DNA from: Agriterribacter sp.
GTDB lineage: Bacteria > Bacteroidota > Bacteroidia > Chitinophagales > Chitinophagaceae
Assembly (NCBI GenBank): GCA_051958655.1
Contig: JBQCFW010000114.1
Location: forward strand, 8,319-72,318
Direction of reading: 5' to 3'
Length of the DNA: 64,000 bases
The notes beneath the pieces were generated by a model. That model made no database searches. It was not told where the DNA came from and was given only the letters and a program-made list of their open reading frames with translations. Of this stretch, positions 29,333-39,217 are shown piece after piece. Made by a program: the position numbers and the translations under genes. Each line of letters begins with the position of its first letter. The stretch's first letter is position 1.

Positions 29333-30373
29333 ATGAAATCAAAAAAAGGGCAGTTGGTTATACACGTAGTAAGTTGTGCCATTTTTTTGACGCTGCCTTT
29401 CTTTTTTTCCCCCGACGGTCCCAACAGGTTGGATGCATTTTTACGCAACCCGGAATCGGCCAGGGAAATGCTTCGTTATCTTTTACTGATCCTGTTCTTT
29501 TATCTTAACTATTACGTACTTGTTCCCAGGTTGTATTCAAAAGGCAGGTATGTAGAATTTGCGCTGATCGTTGCCGTTTGTTTTATAGTTACAATGCTGT
29601 TGCCCGGCTTAATGCCCGGTATGCAACACGAAATGCGACCGCCTCCGCAATGGCATCGCGGAGAATTCAGAAGCCCCCCCGGTTCCAACCGCTTTTTCTT
29701 TAATGCCCGGCAGCACGTGTTTCTTTTCCTGGCATCTTTTTTCTTTTCGCTTATGCTGCGCATCCGCGAAAAATTGCACCAGGCAGAAGAGGAGAAATTG
29801 CAGTCGGAACTATCGTATTTAAAAGCCCAGGTAAATCCTCATTTTTTATTCAATACGCTTAACAGCATTTACGCATTGGCCATTGCAAAGTCAGATGATA
29901 CCGCTACTGCAGTGGTAAAGCTCTCCGGCATGATGCGCTATGTGCTGAGCGATGCAGTGCAGGATTTTGTGCCGCTTGAAAAGGAAATAAATTATCTGCA
30001 GGATTTTGTGGAATTGCAGGAACTAAGGTTTGGCAACAATATGCCCGTTCGGTTTAAGGTTACCGGCAACGCTGCCGGGAAGCGCATTGCACCAATGCTG
30101 CTGATAACGTTTGTTGAAAATGCTTTTAAGTATGGTGTGAATGCCGAAGATAAAATGCAGATCGATATTGATATTGTGATAGAAGAGCGCGCCCTTACTA
30201 TGAAAACATACAACAAAAAAGTGAAAGTACAGCAACAAACAGAAGTGAGCAGCAGGTTGGGCATTACCAATACAAAGAACAGGCTCAAGCTCTTGTATCC
30301 CTCCACACACGAACTTATTATTAACGAAACCGGCGAAGACTTTCGGGTTTTGCTTACCTTAACGTTGTTATGA
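29333..30373 (+). CDS. LytS/YehU-type sensor histidine kinase
   Basis: LKAQVNPHFLFNTLN, FVENAFKYG, LGITN; N-terminal TM segments. Confidence 0.92.
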   Translation: MKSKKGQLVIHVVSCAIFLTLPFFFSPDGPNRLDAFLRNPESAREMLRYLLLILFFYLNYYVLVPRLYSKGRYVEFALIVAVCFIVTMLLPGLMPGMQHEMRPPPQWHRGEFRSPPGSNRFFFNARQHVFLFLASFFFSLMLRIREKLHQAEEEKLQSELSYLKAQVNPHFLFNTLNSIYALAIAKSDDTATAVVKLSGMMRYVLSDAVQDFVPLEKEINYLQDFVELQELRFGNNMPVRFKVTGNAAGKRIAPMLLITFVENAFKYGVNAEDKMQIDIDIVIEERALTMKTYNKKVKVQQQTEVSSRLGITNTKNRLKLLYPSTHELIINETGEDFRVLLTLTLL

Positions 30374-31062
30374 TAAAGGCCATAGCGATAGACGATGAAA
30401 TTCCGGCACTCAGCATCGTACAGCATTTTTGTGAACGCACGGAATTTATCCAGTTGGAGAAAACTTTCAATCAGCCAACAGAAGCGCTTAAGCATTTACG
30501 TAAGTTTCCTGTTGATCTTGTTTTTTTAGACATTCACATGCCATCGCTCAGTGGTATAGATCTGTACAAGGCGGTGCAGCAGGATACAATGGCTATTTTT
30601 ACTACCGCTTACAGCGAATATGCCGTGGAAGGCTTTAACCTCAATGCAGTAGATTACCTGCTGAAACCATTTACCTACAAAAGATTTTTGCAGGCCGCAG
30701 AAAAGGCAAAGGATTACTACAACTACCTGCGCGAAAAAGAAAAAACAAAAGAGCAATATCTTTTTGTGCGTGCCGATTATACGCTGGTTAAGATCAATAT
30801 AGCCGATATAGTGTACATTGAAGGGTACGACGATTATCTTAAGATTCACCTGGTAAACCAAAAGCCTGTTATTACCAGGATGACCTTAAAAAACATGCTT
30901 GAAAAATTGCCTTCTCAGCAATTCATACGCGTGCACCGTTCTTACGTGGTGCCGCTTACAAGAGTAGAAAGCCTGCGCAACAAAGTCATTACATTAGGTG
31001 GGGTAAAGCTTCCGCTTGGTAACAGCTACGAAGAAAATTTCTTAAAATACTTTAACAGGTAA
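30370..31062 (+). CDS. LytTR family response regulator
   Basis: IAIDDE, VFLDIHMP, YLLKP; C-terminal FIRVHRSY. Confidence 0.93.
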   Translation: MIKAIAIDDEIPALSIVQHFCERTEFIQLEKTFNQPTEALKHLRKFPVDLVFLDIHMPSLSGIDLYKAVQQDTMAIFTTAYSEYAVEGFNLNAVDYLLKPFTYKRFLQAAEKAKDYYNYLREKEKTKEQYLFVRADYTLVKINIADIVYIEGYDDYLKIHLVNQKPVITRMTLKNMLEKLPSQQFIRVHRSYVVPLTRVESLRNKVITLGGVKLPLGNSYEENFLKYFNR

Positions 31063-31068
31063 AGGAGT

Positions 31069-31097
31069 TTTGCCGCTACATTTTTTGCGTTTGCCGC
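31069..31097 (+). promoter_or_regulatory. Putative LytTR operator (direct repeats, 21-bp period)
   Basis: TTTGCCGC at 31069 and 31090, upstream of a CATATTTG -7-like element and the 31170 gene. Confidence 0.5.
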
Positions 31098-31169
31098 ATT
31101 TTTTTTGGACGCACAAATACTCTTGTCATATTTGTTTCAACATTCATTTTTCCACTTAAAAATACAATT

Positions 31170-31874
31170 ATGGAAAGGAAAAGTTTTTTGAAACAAGGCA
31201 TCGCCGCATTGGGTGTAGCCTTTGTGGCTCCGTTAACCAGCGCCTGTAAAAAAGACGATGCGACAACCGTTGATGAGGAAACCGGTTCTGAAGGTTGCAC
31301 CGTAGCACCTACAGAAACAGAAGGTCCATTTCCTACCAAAAATCCTTCGGCATATGAGCGAAGCGATATAAGGGATGGCAGGTCGGGGCATACTATGACT
31401 GCCAATATCACTATTGGACAGGTGAGCAAAAGCTGTGCTGCTCTGGCAGGTGCTATTGTAGACATATGGCATTGCGATGCTGAAGGTAATTATTCTGAGT
31501 ATGGTGGATCGGGTATGCAATCCAATAACTATACTGCTGTGCATTTTTTACGCGGCAGGCAGGTTACCGATGCAAACGGCCTGGTAACATTTACCACCAT
31601 CTTTCCCGGCTGGTACCAGGGGCGTGCCACGCACATTCATGTTCATATTTACAATGCAGGCGGCAGTTCGCTTAAGGTAACTCAGATCTCTTTTCCCGAA
31701 GGAGCCGGCAGCGCCGTTGCAGCCGTAAATGGTTATAGTAAAGGATTGAGCGGGTATACTTACAATGCCAGCGACAATATTTTTAGTGACGACAAAAACG
31801 GTGTGGAAATGGCTACAGTTACCGGCAACACCACCGATGGATTTGAACTGAGTATTCAATTGAATGTAGCCTGA
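31170..31874 (+). CDS. Exported intradiol ring-cleavage dioxygenase-like lipoprotein
   Basis: ERKSFLK plus lipobox TSAC; TEGPF, DIWHCDAEG.Y, LRGRQVTD, PGWYQGRATHIH. Confidence 0.85.
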   Translation: MERKSFLKQGIAALGVAFVAPLTSACKKDDATTVDEETGSEGCTVAPTETEGPFPTKNPSAYERSDIRDGRSGHTMTANITIGQVSKSCAALAGAIVDIWHCDAEGNYSEYGGSGMQSNNYTAVHFLRGRQVTDANGLVTFTTIFPGWYQGRATHIHVHIYNAGGSSLKVTQISFPEGAGSAVAAVNGYSKGLSGYTYNASDNIFSDDKNGVEMATVTGNTTDGFELSIQLNVA

Positions 31875-32395
31875 TGAAAATGAACAAGAGTTACCGCAGC
31901 ATTACGTTGTGCTATCGTAAAATAATCAGCGCAATCTCGGCGCAGGGCTGGGAAAAAATGTTGTTGGAAGACACGTACAAAGAGTTTAAAATGCAGTTCC
32001 AGTTGTATAACCAGCGGCAACAATATTTTACTTTCAGTCATTTGCTACAGGCTGTGCCAGGCGCACAACAATTGCATTTTCTGGTGAGCGCTGCAGCTAC
32101 GGGATATGTGCAGCAACTGGGCGATAAAATGCCGGATATAAAAGACAATCTCGGGCTATCGTTTATAAAGTTTCAGCATTTCAGGTTCGAGGTCATACAA
32201 TCCGACATCAGGAACATTTCTGCACATACCGTAGCGCTCAATTTTATCAGTGAGCCTTTTTTGTGGATAGATACAATGGGCAACTGTATTTTACTGGCAA
32301 ATCCTGCGTTGATAAACGAGCCGCATATTCAAACGCATATGCTGCCGTTGCAACCTTTTTTAAGCATTCATTCAATACTAAATACAGAAGCATGA
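31874..32395 (+). CDS. Hypothetical protein
   Basis: 173-aa ORF coupled to both neighbours. Confidence 0.6.
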   Translation: MKMNKSYRSITLCYRKIISAISAQGWEKMLLEDTYKEFKMQFQLYNQRQQYFTFSHLLQAVPGAQQLHFLVSAAATGYVQQLGDKMPDIKDNLGLSFIKFQHFRFEVIQSDIRNISAHTVALNFISEPFLWIDTMGNCILLANPALINEPHIQTHMLPLQPFLSIHSILNTEA

Positions 32396-33117
32396 TACAG
32401 CAAACCGCTGCAAAAATATACCTGGCGCAGGAACGCGGCTGTAACGAGAATGCCTGCATGAGAAGTTACAGCACTTTCAACTTCGGCAATTTCAACCATG
32501 CACATAAGCAACCCTTCAGCAATTTGTATGTTTGGAATGATGATACGCTGGCACCAGGACAATCGATAAAAACCTATATTGATAAAGATGGGTATATCGT
32601 TTTTATTCCTTTGGTGGGAACCATAACATACAGGCATAACCGCGAAGACAATGTGGTGATAGATGCAGGGCAGGTATATATAAGCTATGTTCGCAGCGGA
32701 ACCGTGGTGGAAGTAACAAACAGTTTAAGCGAAGCGCTCGTTAATTTTTTGCATATTAGGATTGCCGCAGTTAAAGCGGATAATTCAGAAGACACAGCCC
32801 TGCTCAAATTCGATATCGATGCAAATAAACACGATTGGGTTACAATAAGCGCTGTATATGGCAGCAAATTAGTTGATAAGCTTCCTTTTTACATTGCTAT
32901 TGCAAAACTCGGTGGCAGGAGCGAGGTTGGCTATACATTGAGGAACGAAGGAAATGCTGTTTTTGCTTTTTCGGTTGAAGGCGCTTTTGAAGTGCAGAAC
33001 CGCCTGTTGCACCAAAGAGACGGGCTGGCGTTGTGGGATGTGCCTATTGTTGAGCTGGAAGCATTGAGTAATCATGCAATTATTATTTTGTTTGAAATGC
33101 CACTTAGGCAATCATAA
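32392..33117 (+). CDS. Pirin-like (YhhW-type) bicupin protein
   Basis: RSYSTFNF, VWNDDTLAPG, GAFEVQNRLLHQRDGLALW; start MIQQ at 32392. Confidence 0.8.
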   Translation: MIQQTAAKIYLAQERGCNENACMRSYSTFNFGNFNHAHKQPFSNLYVWNDDTLAPGQSIKTYIDKDGYIVFIPLVGTITYRHNREDNVVIDAGQVYISYVRSGTVVEVTNSLSEALVNFLHIRIAAVKADNSEDTALLKFDIDANKHDWVTISAVYGSKLVDKLPFYIAIAKLGGRSEVGYTLRNEGNAVFAFSVEGAFEVQNRLLHQRDGLALWDVPIVELEALSNHAIIILFEMPLRQS

Positions 33118-33756
33118 CAGTTGTTGCAGCTGGCTGATAAAGTCAGTTCTTTGAATCATTTCAGCACCCAGGCTTTCCAGGTGGGGCGTATATACCTGGC
33201 AGTCAATCAGCACAACCGCTTCCTGGTTTAAATGTTCCACATATTTAATAAAGGCAAATTTGCTGGCATTGCTGGCGTGGCTGAACATGCTTTCTCCAAA
33301 AAAAACTTTTCCCAGTCGTATGCCGTATAAGCCGCCCACCAATTTTTCGTTTAGCCACGCTTCGGCGCTGTGTGCAAACCCTGCTTCGTGCATTTTGCAA
33401 TAGGCTCTTTCCACCTCGTCGGTTATCCACGTACCGGTTTGGCCCGGCCTGAAACTGGTTTTGCAGTTGCGGATAACGGCGGCAAAATCCTGGTTGATGG
33501 TAAACCGGAAGCTCTCTTTCCGGATGAGTTGCTGCATGCTTTTGCTCACCTTCAGTTTTTCAGGAAAAAGCACAAACCGGGGATCGGGGCACCACCAAAG
33601 CGGCACATCTCCCTCATACCACGGAAAAATTCCGTTCCTGTATGCCAGCAGCAGTCTTTCCACAGAAAGGTCGCCCCCCATTGCCAGCAATCCATCTGGT
33701 TCTGCCAGGTTTACGGGAGGGAATATCAGTTCGCTTCTCAACGCAAAAACCGCCAT
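33112..33756 (-). CDS. aat: Leucyl/phenylalanyl-tRNA-protein transferase
   Basis: GLLAMGGDLS..RLLLAYRNGIFPW, WWCPDPR, GTWIT, FFGESMF, IDCQ. Confidence 0.95.
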   Translation of the reverse strand: MAVFALRSELIFPPVNLAEPDGLLAMGGDLSVERLLLAYRNGIFPWYEGDVPLWWCPDPRFVLFPEKLKVSKSMQQLIRKESFRFTINQDFAAVIRNCKTSFRPGQTGTWITDEVERAYCKMHEAGFAHSAEAWLNEKLVGGLYGIRLGKVFFGESMFSHASNASKFAFIKYVEHLNQEAVVLIDCQVYTPHLESLGAEMIQRTDFISQLQQLL

Positions 33757-33864
33757 GCCGCGAAGGTAATAAAGAGAGCAATAGCCGATATGTATAATTT
33801 GTTGCATGTGTGCCGGATAACCGTTTGCCACTTTTTTAAACAGGTTTAAAAAAAACTGCGCTTT

Positions 33865-33894
33865 GTGCAACGGAATATGGTGTAGCATTGTCAC
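33865..33894 (+). promoter_or_regulatory. Putative ECF sigma promoter, copy 1
   Basis: GTGCAACGG-N14-TTGTCAC, 17 nt before the sigma ATG; same motif and spacing at 36069. Confidence 0.7.
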
Positions 33895-33911
33895 CTTATT
33901 TGTAGATCCGG

Positions 33912-34475
33912 ATGACAGATTATCAACAACTGGTAAGGGATTGCCTAAAAGGAAAAGTATCCGCCCAGCAAAAGCTGTATGAGCTTTTTGCCGAGCAGAT
34001 GCTGGCTATTTGCTATCGATATACCAAATCGCTGGCAGATGCCGAGGATGTATTACAGGAAGGCTTTGTAAAAGTGTTCAAATACCTGCACCAATACCGC
34101 TCTGAAGGTGAACTGGGTGCCTGGGTACGACGCATTATGGTGAATACAGCTATTAACTATTTAAAACAAAACAGTAAGTATCAATACGATCTGTCGTTTA
34201 CAGATCTCACATTGCACCCTGTTTCGGAAGACAATCCGCAGGTGCATATGCAGGCAAAAGAGCTGGCCAACCTGGTGAGGCAGTTGCCCACCGGGTATCA
34301 AACAGTATTTAACATGCATGCAGTAGAGGGGTATACCCACGTAGAAATTGGAGAGATACTGGGTATAAATGAAGGCACTTCCCGCTCACAATATATGCGG
34401 GCAAGAAATCTGCTGATAAGCTGGATTGAAAAACATTCTGTAGAATCTAAACTGGGACAATATGCCGGAAAATGA
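33912..34475 (+). CDS. ECF RNA polymerase sigma factor
   Basis: AEDVLQEGFVKVF, WVRRIMVNTA, region 4 HVEIGEILGINEGTSRSQ. Confidence 0.95.
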   Translation: MTDYQQLVRDCLKGKVSAQQKLYELFAEQMLAICYRYTKSLADAEDVLQEGFVKVFKYLHQYRSEGELGAWVRRIMVNTAINYLKQNSKYQYDLSFTDLTLHPVSEDNPQVHMQAKELANLVRQLPTGYQTVFNMHAVEGYTHVEIGEILGINEGTSRSQYMRARNLLISWIEKHSVESKLGQYAGK

Positions 34476-36000
34476 GTTTGAAAAGCAGGTGCAGCAGATC
34501 TTCGGCGATATGCGGCTGAAGCCATCTGACGCGGTATGGTCCAAAGTACGGGAACGGGTAAGCCATGAAAAGAAACGCCGGCGGATGCTGGTGTGGCTGC
34601 CGGCAGCATTGCTGCTGCTGGGTGGCGGTATGTATTGGGCTTTGGACACTAACAATTCCCTGCAAAAAAACAAGCATGAGGCAGAAGCTGTTGCCAATGC
34701 AGGCAATAGCTCCGAAGCCGTTGGCTCCAACAATGCCCACCCGCAAGCCGCCGATGCGCCTGAAAACAATAGCGGGAATACGCCATCACAAACTGCGCCG
34801 GGTGCTGCGCTGCCAAACGAAAGCAGCAAAAGTAAGCCTGGAGATATCCGTGAGGCTGAGTTACCTCCTGCCGCCACCACTACCCAACAGCAGGTAAACA
34901 AAAGCATCAGTTCCGGTGCTGCCAGCAATGGGCGCAGCTTACCCGTTAATGAAGCGGCAGGAAAAAAACTTATTCATCTGCAAAACAAGCCCGCGCAAAA
35001 AAATACAGTGGCGGATGATGTAAATACCAGCGTCATTAATGTAGGCGGCCAGGAAACTGCAACCTCAAATAATACAGACCAATCGTTGTTACCTGTGTTG
35101 GGAACATACCAATACGTTGATGGATATGAAGGGTTGAAAGACATAGCTGGCGAAAAAGAACTAAAGCATTTTGATGCAAAAAACAACAAGCCCGTTATAA
35201 AGCTCGCCAAAAGAAAATCGTGGGAGTGGGGCGTAACTGCTCAGGCAGGTGTATCAATGGTTGGCAAAGGGCTGTCAAACATTTTCAAAAACGGACTGTT
35301 TGAAAAGGCCGAAAGCCTTGATTACATGCAATATGCTACGCCCGCTACACCCAATGGCAATTTTTTGGGCAGCCAGGGACAAGGTAATTTGGTGGCTGCC
35401 GCGCCCGCGCCCGCTTCGGCTGTAAAAGCAGGTATGGCGTGGAATGCAGGCATATTTGGCAAATGGCATGTTAGGCAAAAGCTTGCACTTACTTTTGGAG
35501 CAGAATACAATTTATATACTACCAACAGGGAAGTAGGCAATATTGTGGACCCTCAGTATTTTAACACAAACAACAGCAATGTCTCTGCTGATGCAAATGC
35601 AAGGTTTGCCGCTTATTATACCGGGAGCGACGGCATAAATTATACCAACCGCTATCACTTCGTGCAGGTTCCGGTGGGCATTCAATGGCAACTTAACAAA
35701 GGAATTAAAGTGCCGCCTGTCCAGTTAGATGCAGGTTTGGTATTTGGGTATCTTGTTAGTACCAACGCGGTGCACTACAAGGGAGGCGTTTATTACGAAG
35801 ACAAGAGCCTGTTCAATAAATTCCAGACAGGATTGTATGCCGGGTTCTCCGTAAAGCTGTTTCAACATGCACAACGGCCATTGTATATTGGCCCAACGGT
35901 GCAATACAATCTCTCGGGTGTAGCAAAACCTTCATCGGGAATTAAACAGAACTTTGTATATGGCGGTTTAAAAGCACAATGGGTTTTGTTTAAGAACTGA
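34462..36000 (+). CDS. Dual-membrane-spanning (Dma-like) anti-sigma factor: N-terminal anti-sigma segment, TM helix, disordered linker, outer-membrane beta-barrel
   Basis: NEFEKQVQQ...KPSDAVWSKV, RRR-preceded TM helix, about 190 aa A/N/S/P/Q-rich linker, C-terminal amphipathic strands ending QWVLF; overlaps the sigma stop. Confidence 0.8.
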   Translation: MPENEFEKQVQQIFGDMRLKPSDAVWSKVRERVSHEKKRRRMLVWLPAALLLLGGGMYWALDTNNSLQKNKHEAEAVANAGNSSEAVGSNNAHPQAADAPENNSGNTPSQTAPGAALPNESSKSKPGDIREAELPPAATTTQQQVNKSISSGAASNGRSLPVNEAAGKKLIHLQNKPAQKNTVADDVNTSVINVGGQETATSNNTDQSLLPVLGTYQYVDGYEGLKDIAGEKELKHFDAKNNKPVIKLAKRKSWEWGVTAQAGVSMVGKGLSNIFKNGLFEKAESLDYMQYATPATPNGNFLGSQGQGNLVAAAPAPASAVKAGMAWNAGIFGKWHVRQKLALTFGAEYNLYTTNREVGNIVDPQYFNTNNSNVSADANARFAAYYTGSDGINYTNRYHFVQVPVGIQWQLNKGIKVPPVQLDAGLVFGYLVSTNAVHYKGGVYYEDKSLFNKFQTGLYAGFSVKLFQHAQRPLYIGPTVQYNLSGVAKPSSGIKQNFVYGGLKAQWVLFKN

Positions 36001-36068
36001 GCTGAATAAATATTTTTTGAAAATGACGGACCAAATGCTCCGTCATTTTTTATTTTATTTAACAGGCA

Positions 36069-36098
36069 GTGCAACGGCGATGTTATACGGTTTGTCAC
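36069..36098 (+). promoter_or_regulatory. Putative ECF sigma promoter, copy 2
   Basis: GTGCAACGG-N14-TTGTCAC, 11 nt before the ATG at 36110. Confidence 0.7.
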
Positions 36099-36109
36099 GG
36101 TTTAAACTT

Positions 36110-37402
36110 ATGTATATGCCCAAAATTAGTTCAACCGCGAGTTTGTTGCTGCTAACTGTATTAGTGGCTTTGCAAAGCTGTGTTAAAGACAGGTGCACAC
36201 AAACCTACAGCTATTTCAGTCCCGTATACAAAACCTCCGAAGCTGTAAGAGCCAATATTAAAAGCAATGAGCCAAAAACGCTGGAACGAACCGGGAAGCT
36301 ATATATAAGGGGCAATTACATTTTTTTGAATGAAGTAGACAAAGGCATACATGTAATAAACAATGCTAATCCCGCCGATCCCGTAAACGTTGCGTTCATC
36401 GATATTCCGGGTAACATGGATATGGCAGTAAAAGGCAACATATTGTATGCAGATGCCTATACCGATTTAATGACCATTGATATTACTGATCCACTCAAAG
36501 CCAAATTGATAAGCGTTACAGAAAATGCTTTTCCTTACCGCCAGTATTACGGAGCATTTTATGCAGATACTTCTATGGTAATTGTGGATTGGGTAAAACG
36601 CGATACTACTGTTGATATGGACTGTGGTAATGGCGGCTTTTTTGGAATTGAGCTCAATAAGAAAGATGCATTTCTGTACAACGATGTAGCGGCATACTAC
36701 AATACATCAGCAGAAAGTCTCTCATCGGCAGCAAGCGTATCGCCTTTTGGTGTAGGTGGATCGATGGCAAGGTTTGCAATCGTAGAAAATTACCTGTACG
36801 CCGTAACGCTCAGCAACCTGAATGTTTTTTCTATTGCTGCACCACAAACACCTTCTTTCAATAATACGAAGGCGATAGGAATGAATATCGAAACAATTTA
36901 TCCCTTTAAAAATAAATTGTTCATAGGTTCTACCAACGGCATGTTCATTTATGATATTTCCAACGGCGGCGATCCTGTAAAGCAGGGCAGCTTTGCGCAC
37001 GTTGCCAGTTGCGACCCGGTTATTGCCGACGATGCATATGCTTATGTTACACTCCGCTCGGGCAATAGCTGCAACGGCTTCACCAACCAGATGGAAGTGC
37101 TCGATATTGCCGATGTCAACAATCCATCGCTTGTAAAAACCTATCCAATGACCAACCCCTTTGGACTGTCGAAAGATGGGAACCTGCTTTTTATATGCGA
37201 TGGAGCAGACGGTTTAAAGATTTATAATGCGGCCGATGTAAACAACATTAAGCTCATTACTACGGTGGGAGGTTTTACTGCATACGACGTAATAGCCAGG
37301 AACGGCGTAGCCCTGGTAGTAAGTACCGATGGGCTGCATCAATACAGCTATAATAATGTGAATGATATACAATTGCTAAGTAAAATACAAATTACAAAAT
37401 GA
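36110..37402 (+). CDS. LVIVD-repeat (beta-propeller-like) lipoprotein
   Basis: Lipobox LQSC; GNYIFLNEVDKGIHVI, IPGNMDMAV, GVGGSMARFAI, SCDPVIA, YAYVTLRSG. Confidence 0.85.
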   Translation: MYMPKISSTASLLLLTVLVALQSCVKDRCTQTYSYFSPVYKTSEAVRANIKSNEPKTLERTGKLYIRGNYIFLNEVDKGIHVINNANPADPVNVAFIDIPGNMDMAVKGNILYADAYTDLMTIDITDPLKAKLISVTENAFPYRQYYGAFYADTSMVIVDWVKRDTTVDMDCGNGGFFGIELNKKDAFLYNDVAAYYNTSAESLSSAASVSPFGVGGSMARFAIVENYLYAVTLSNLNVFSIAAPQTPSFNNTKAIGMNIETIYPFKNKLFIGSTNGMFIYDISNGGDPVKQGSFAHVASCDPVIADDAYAYVTLRSGNSCNGFTNQMEVLDIADVNNPSLVKTYPMTNPFGLSKDGNLLFICDGADGLKIYNAADVNNIKLITTVGGFTAYDVIARNGVALVVSTDGLHQYSYNNVNDIQLLSKIQITK

Positions 37403-37998
37403 AAAACATTTTAATAATTAGCCTCCTGCTTCTTGCACTGAGCTACGCAGCGCAGGCTCAACAACCCGGAAAGGTTGTATTCCGCTCCATTCAACAAGTA
37501 TCGCTTATTAACGGCAACGATGCAGTATCTGCCGGTTTGCAAACTGTAAATGGTTTTGCGCTGAAGGGATGGTTTGCCGGAGCAGGGGTGGGGCTCGATT
37601 TTTACCGCTACCGCTCGGTGCCGCTGTTTGTCGACCTGCGCAAAGAAATTCCCCTGAAGAAGAACAAAATATTTGTATATGCTGATGGCGGCTACAATTT
37701 GCCCTGGGTAAAGAACCAGGATGTTTACAGGGAGTGGGCAAATAATAGCTTTTACAAAGAAGAATATGATTACAAAGGAGGGGCATACATAGACGCGGGG
37801 TTTGGGTATTCCATCGGGTTTAAGTCAGGGAATGCTTTTCTGCTCAGCGCAGGTTATTCCTACAAAGCGTTCGACGCTTCTAAAACCACCACCACCAAAT
37901 GGAGCATAGGAACACCGCAGGAAAGCGGGCAAACCGATGTTCAGAAATTTTCGTATCGGTTCAACAGGGTAATGGTGAAAATAGGCTGGCAATTTTAA
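37399..37998 (+). CDS. Outer-membrane beta-barrel protein
   Basis: Signal peptide AQA; GAGVGLDFY, VPLFVDLR, terminal KIGWQF; ATGA overlap with the LVIVD gene. Confidence 0.8.
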   Translation: MKNILIISLLLLALSYAAQAQQPGKVVFRSIQQVSLINGNDAVSAGLQTVNGFALKGWFAGAGVGLDFYRYRSVPLFVDLRKEIPLKKNKIFVYADGGYNLPWVKNQDVYREWANNSFYKEEYDYKGGAYIDAGFGYSIGFKSGNAFLLSAGYSYKAFDASKTTTTKWSIGTPQESGQTDVQKFSYRFNRVMVKIGWQF

Positions 37999-38016
37999 GT
38001 GAAAACAGCATTGCAC

Positions 38017-38099
38017 ATGAAATATTTTTATTTATTGCAGTGATGTTGATAAGGGCAGGCGGCTGCGAAAAAGACAAAGATGCTGCGGGAACAAGTTAA
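38017..38099 (+). pseudogene. Possible frameshifted lipoprotein remnant
   Basis: Adding one T to the T5 run at 38025-38029 gives MKYFLFIAVMLIRAGGCEKDKD (lipobox); followed by a stop and heptamer repeats. Confidence 0.3.
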
Positions 38100-38204
38100 C
38101 GCTATGGTTGATGGACTGCAAACCTCAAACTCCAAACGACAAACTTCAAACGACAAACTTCAAACTCTGACGCTGACCGCTGATACCTGACGGCTGATTG
38201 CCCT

Positions 38205-39131
38205 CTATCCCTTTAAAAATTTCAGATTCCGTTTTATACCCGAAAACTTTGCACGTTTCAGCGGCGAATGTTTGAAGATCTTTTTGAAACTTTCTTCCGT
38301 CAGCTCCTCCCAGTCGCGGGTGGTGAAATTCAGTAATTCGGGGTAAGCCGTAAAAGCAGCTTCTTGTGTGGGTTTGCTGAAACGGTTCCAGGGGCAAACA
38401 TCCTGGCAGGTATCGCAACCAAACATCCAGTTGTCGAACCTGCCTTTCACATTATCCGGTATCAGCATATCTTTTAACTCTATGGTGTAGTAAGAAATGC
38501 ATTTGCTGCCGTCTACCACCCGGTTGTCGGCAATGGCATTGGTAGGGCAGGCGTCTATGCATTTGGTGCAGGTGCCACAAAAATCCTTTGCCACCGGGTC
38601 ATCGTACGCAAGCTCCAGGTCGGTAATAAGCGTTGCTATAAAAAAGAAGGAGCCAGACTGTTTGTTAATAAGATTGCCGTTTTTTCCTATCCAGCCCAAC
38701 CCGCTACGTTGTGCCCAGGAGCGCTCCAATACCGGCGCGGAATCAACAAATCCCCTGCCGTTCACTTCGCCAATTTCTTCCGTTATGGCTTGCAGCAGCA
38801 GGTTCAGCTTTTTTTTTATTACCTCATGGTAATCGTCTCCCAGCGCATATGCCGACACTTTAGGACCACCGGTTGCCGGACTGGCTGCCGGGTAATAATT
38901 CAACAGCAGGGTAATGACCGATTTCGCCCCAGGCACCAGTTTCAGGGGGTTAACCCTCAGGTCGAAATAGTTTTCCATATACTTCATTGAGCCATTGTAC
39001 CCTTTATTCAGCCATGCCTCTAAACGCCGCGCATCGTCATCTAACGGTACCGCACGTGCGACGCCGCAATAATCAAAGCCCAATTCCGTTGCTTTATTTT
39101 TAATAAATGCGGTATGTTTAAAAATGGTCAA
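38205..39131 (-). CDS. queG: Epoxyqueuosine reductase
   Basis: [43 protein letters not shown]. Confidence 0.95.
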   Translation of the reverse strand: MTIFKHTAFIKNKATELGFDYCGVARAVPLDDDARRLEAWLNKGYNGSMKYMENYFDLRVNPLKLVPGAKSVITLLLNYYPAASPATGGPKVSAYALGDDYHEVIKKKLNLLLQAITEEIGEVNGRGFVDSAPVLERSWAQRSGLGWIGKNGNLINKQSGSFFFIATLITDLELAYDDPVAKDFCGTCTKCIDACPTNAIADNRVVDGSKCISYYTIELKDMLIPDNVKGRFDNWMFGCDTCQDVCPWNRFSKPTQEAAFTAYPELLNFTTRDWEELTEESFKKIFKHSPLKRAKFSGIKRNLKFLKG

Positions 39132-39217
39132 TTAATAAAAAATAAAATAGAAGATATATGGTAGATTTTATAAATAAATATAATTTGCACCCACAAATCC
39201 TAAACTGTTAGTTAATC

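Noticed and set aside
31170-31874. Aromatic ring-cleavage catabolic pathway
   Set aside because: No downstream cat/pca genes, and the protein is an exported lipoprotein of the uncharacterised intradiol-like group.
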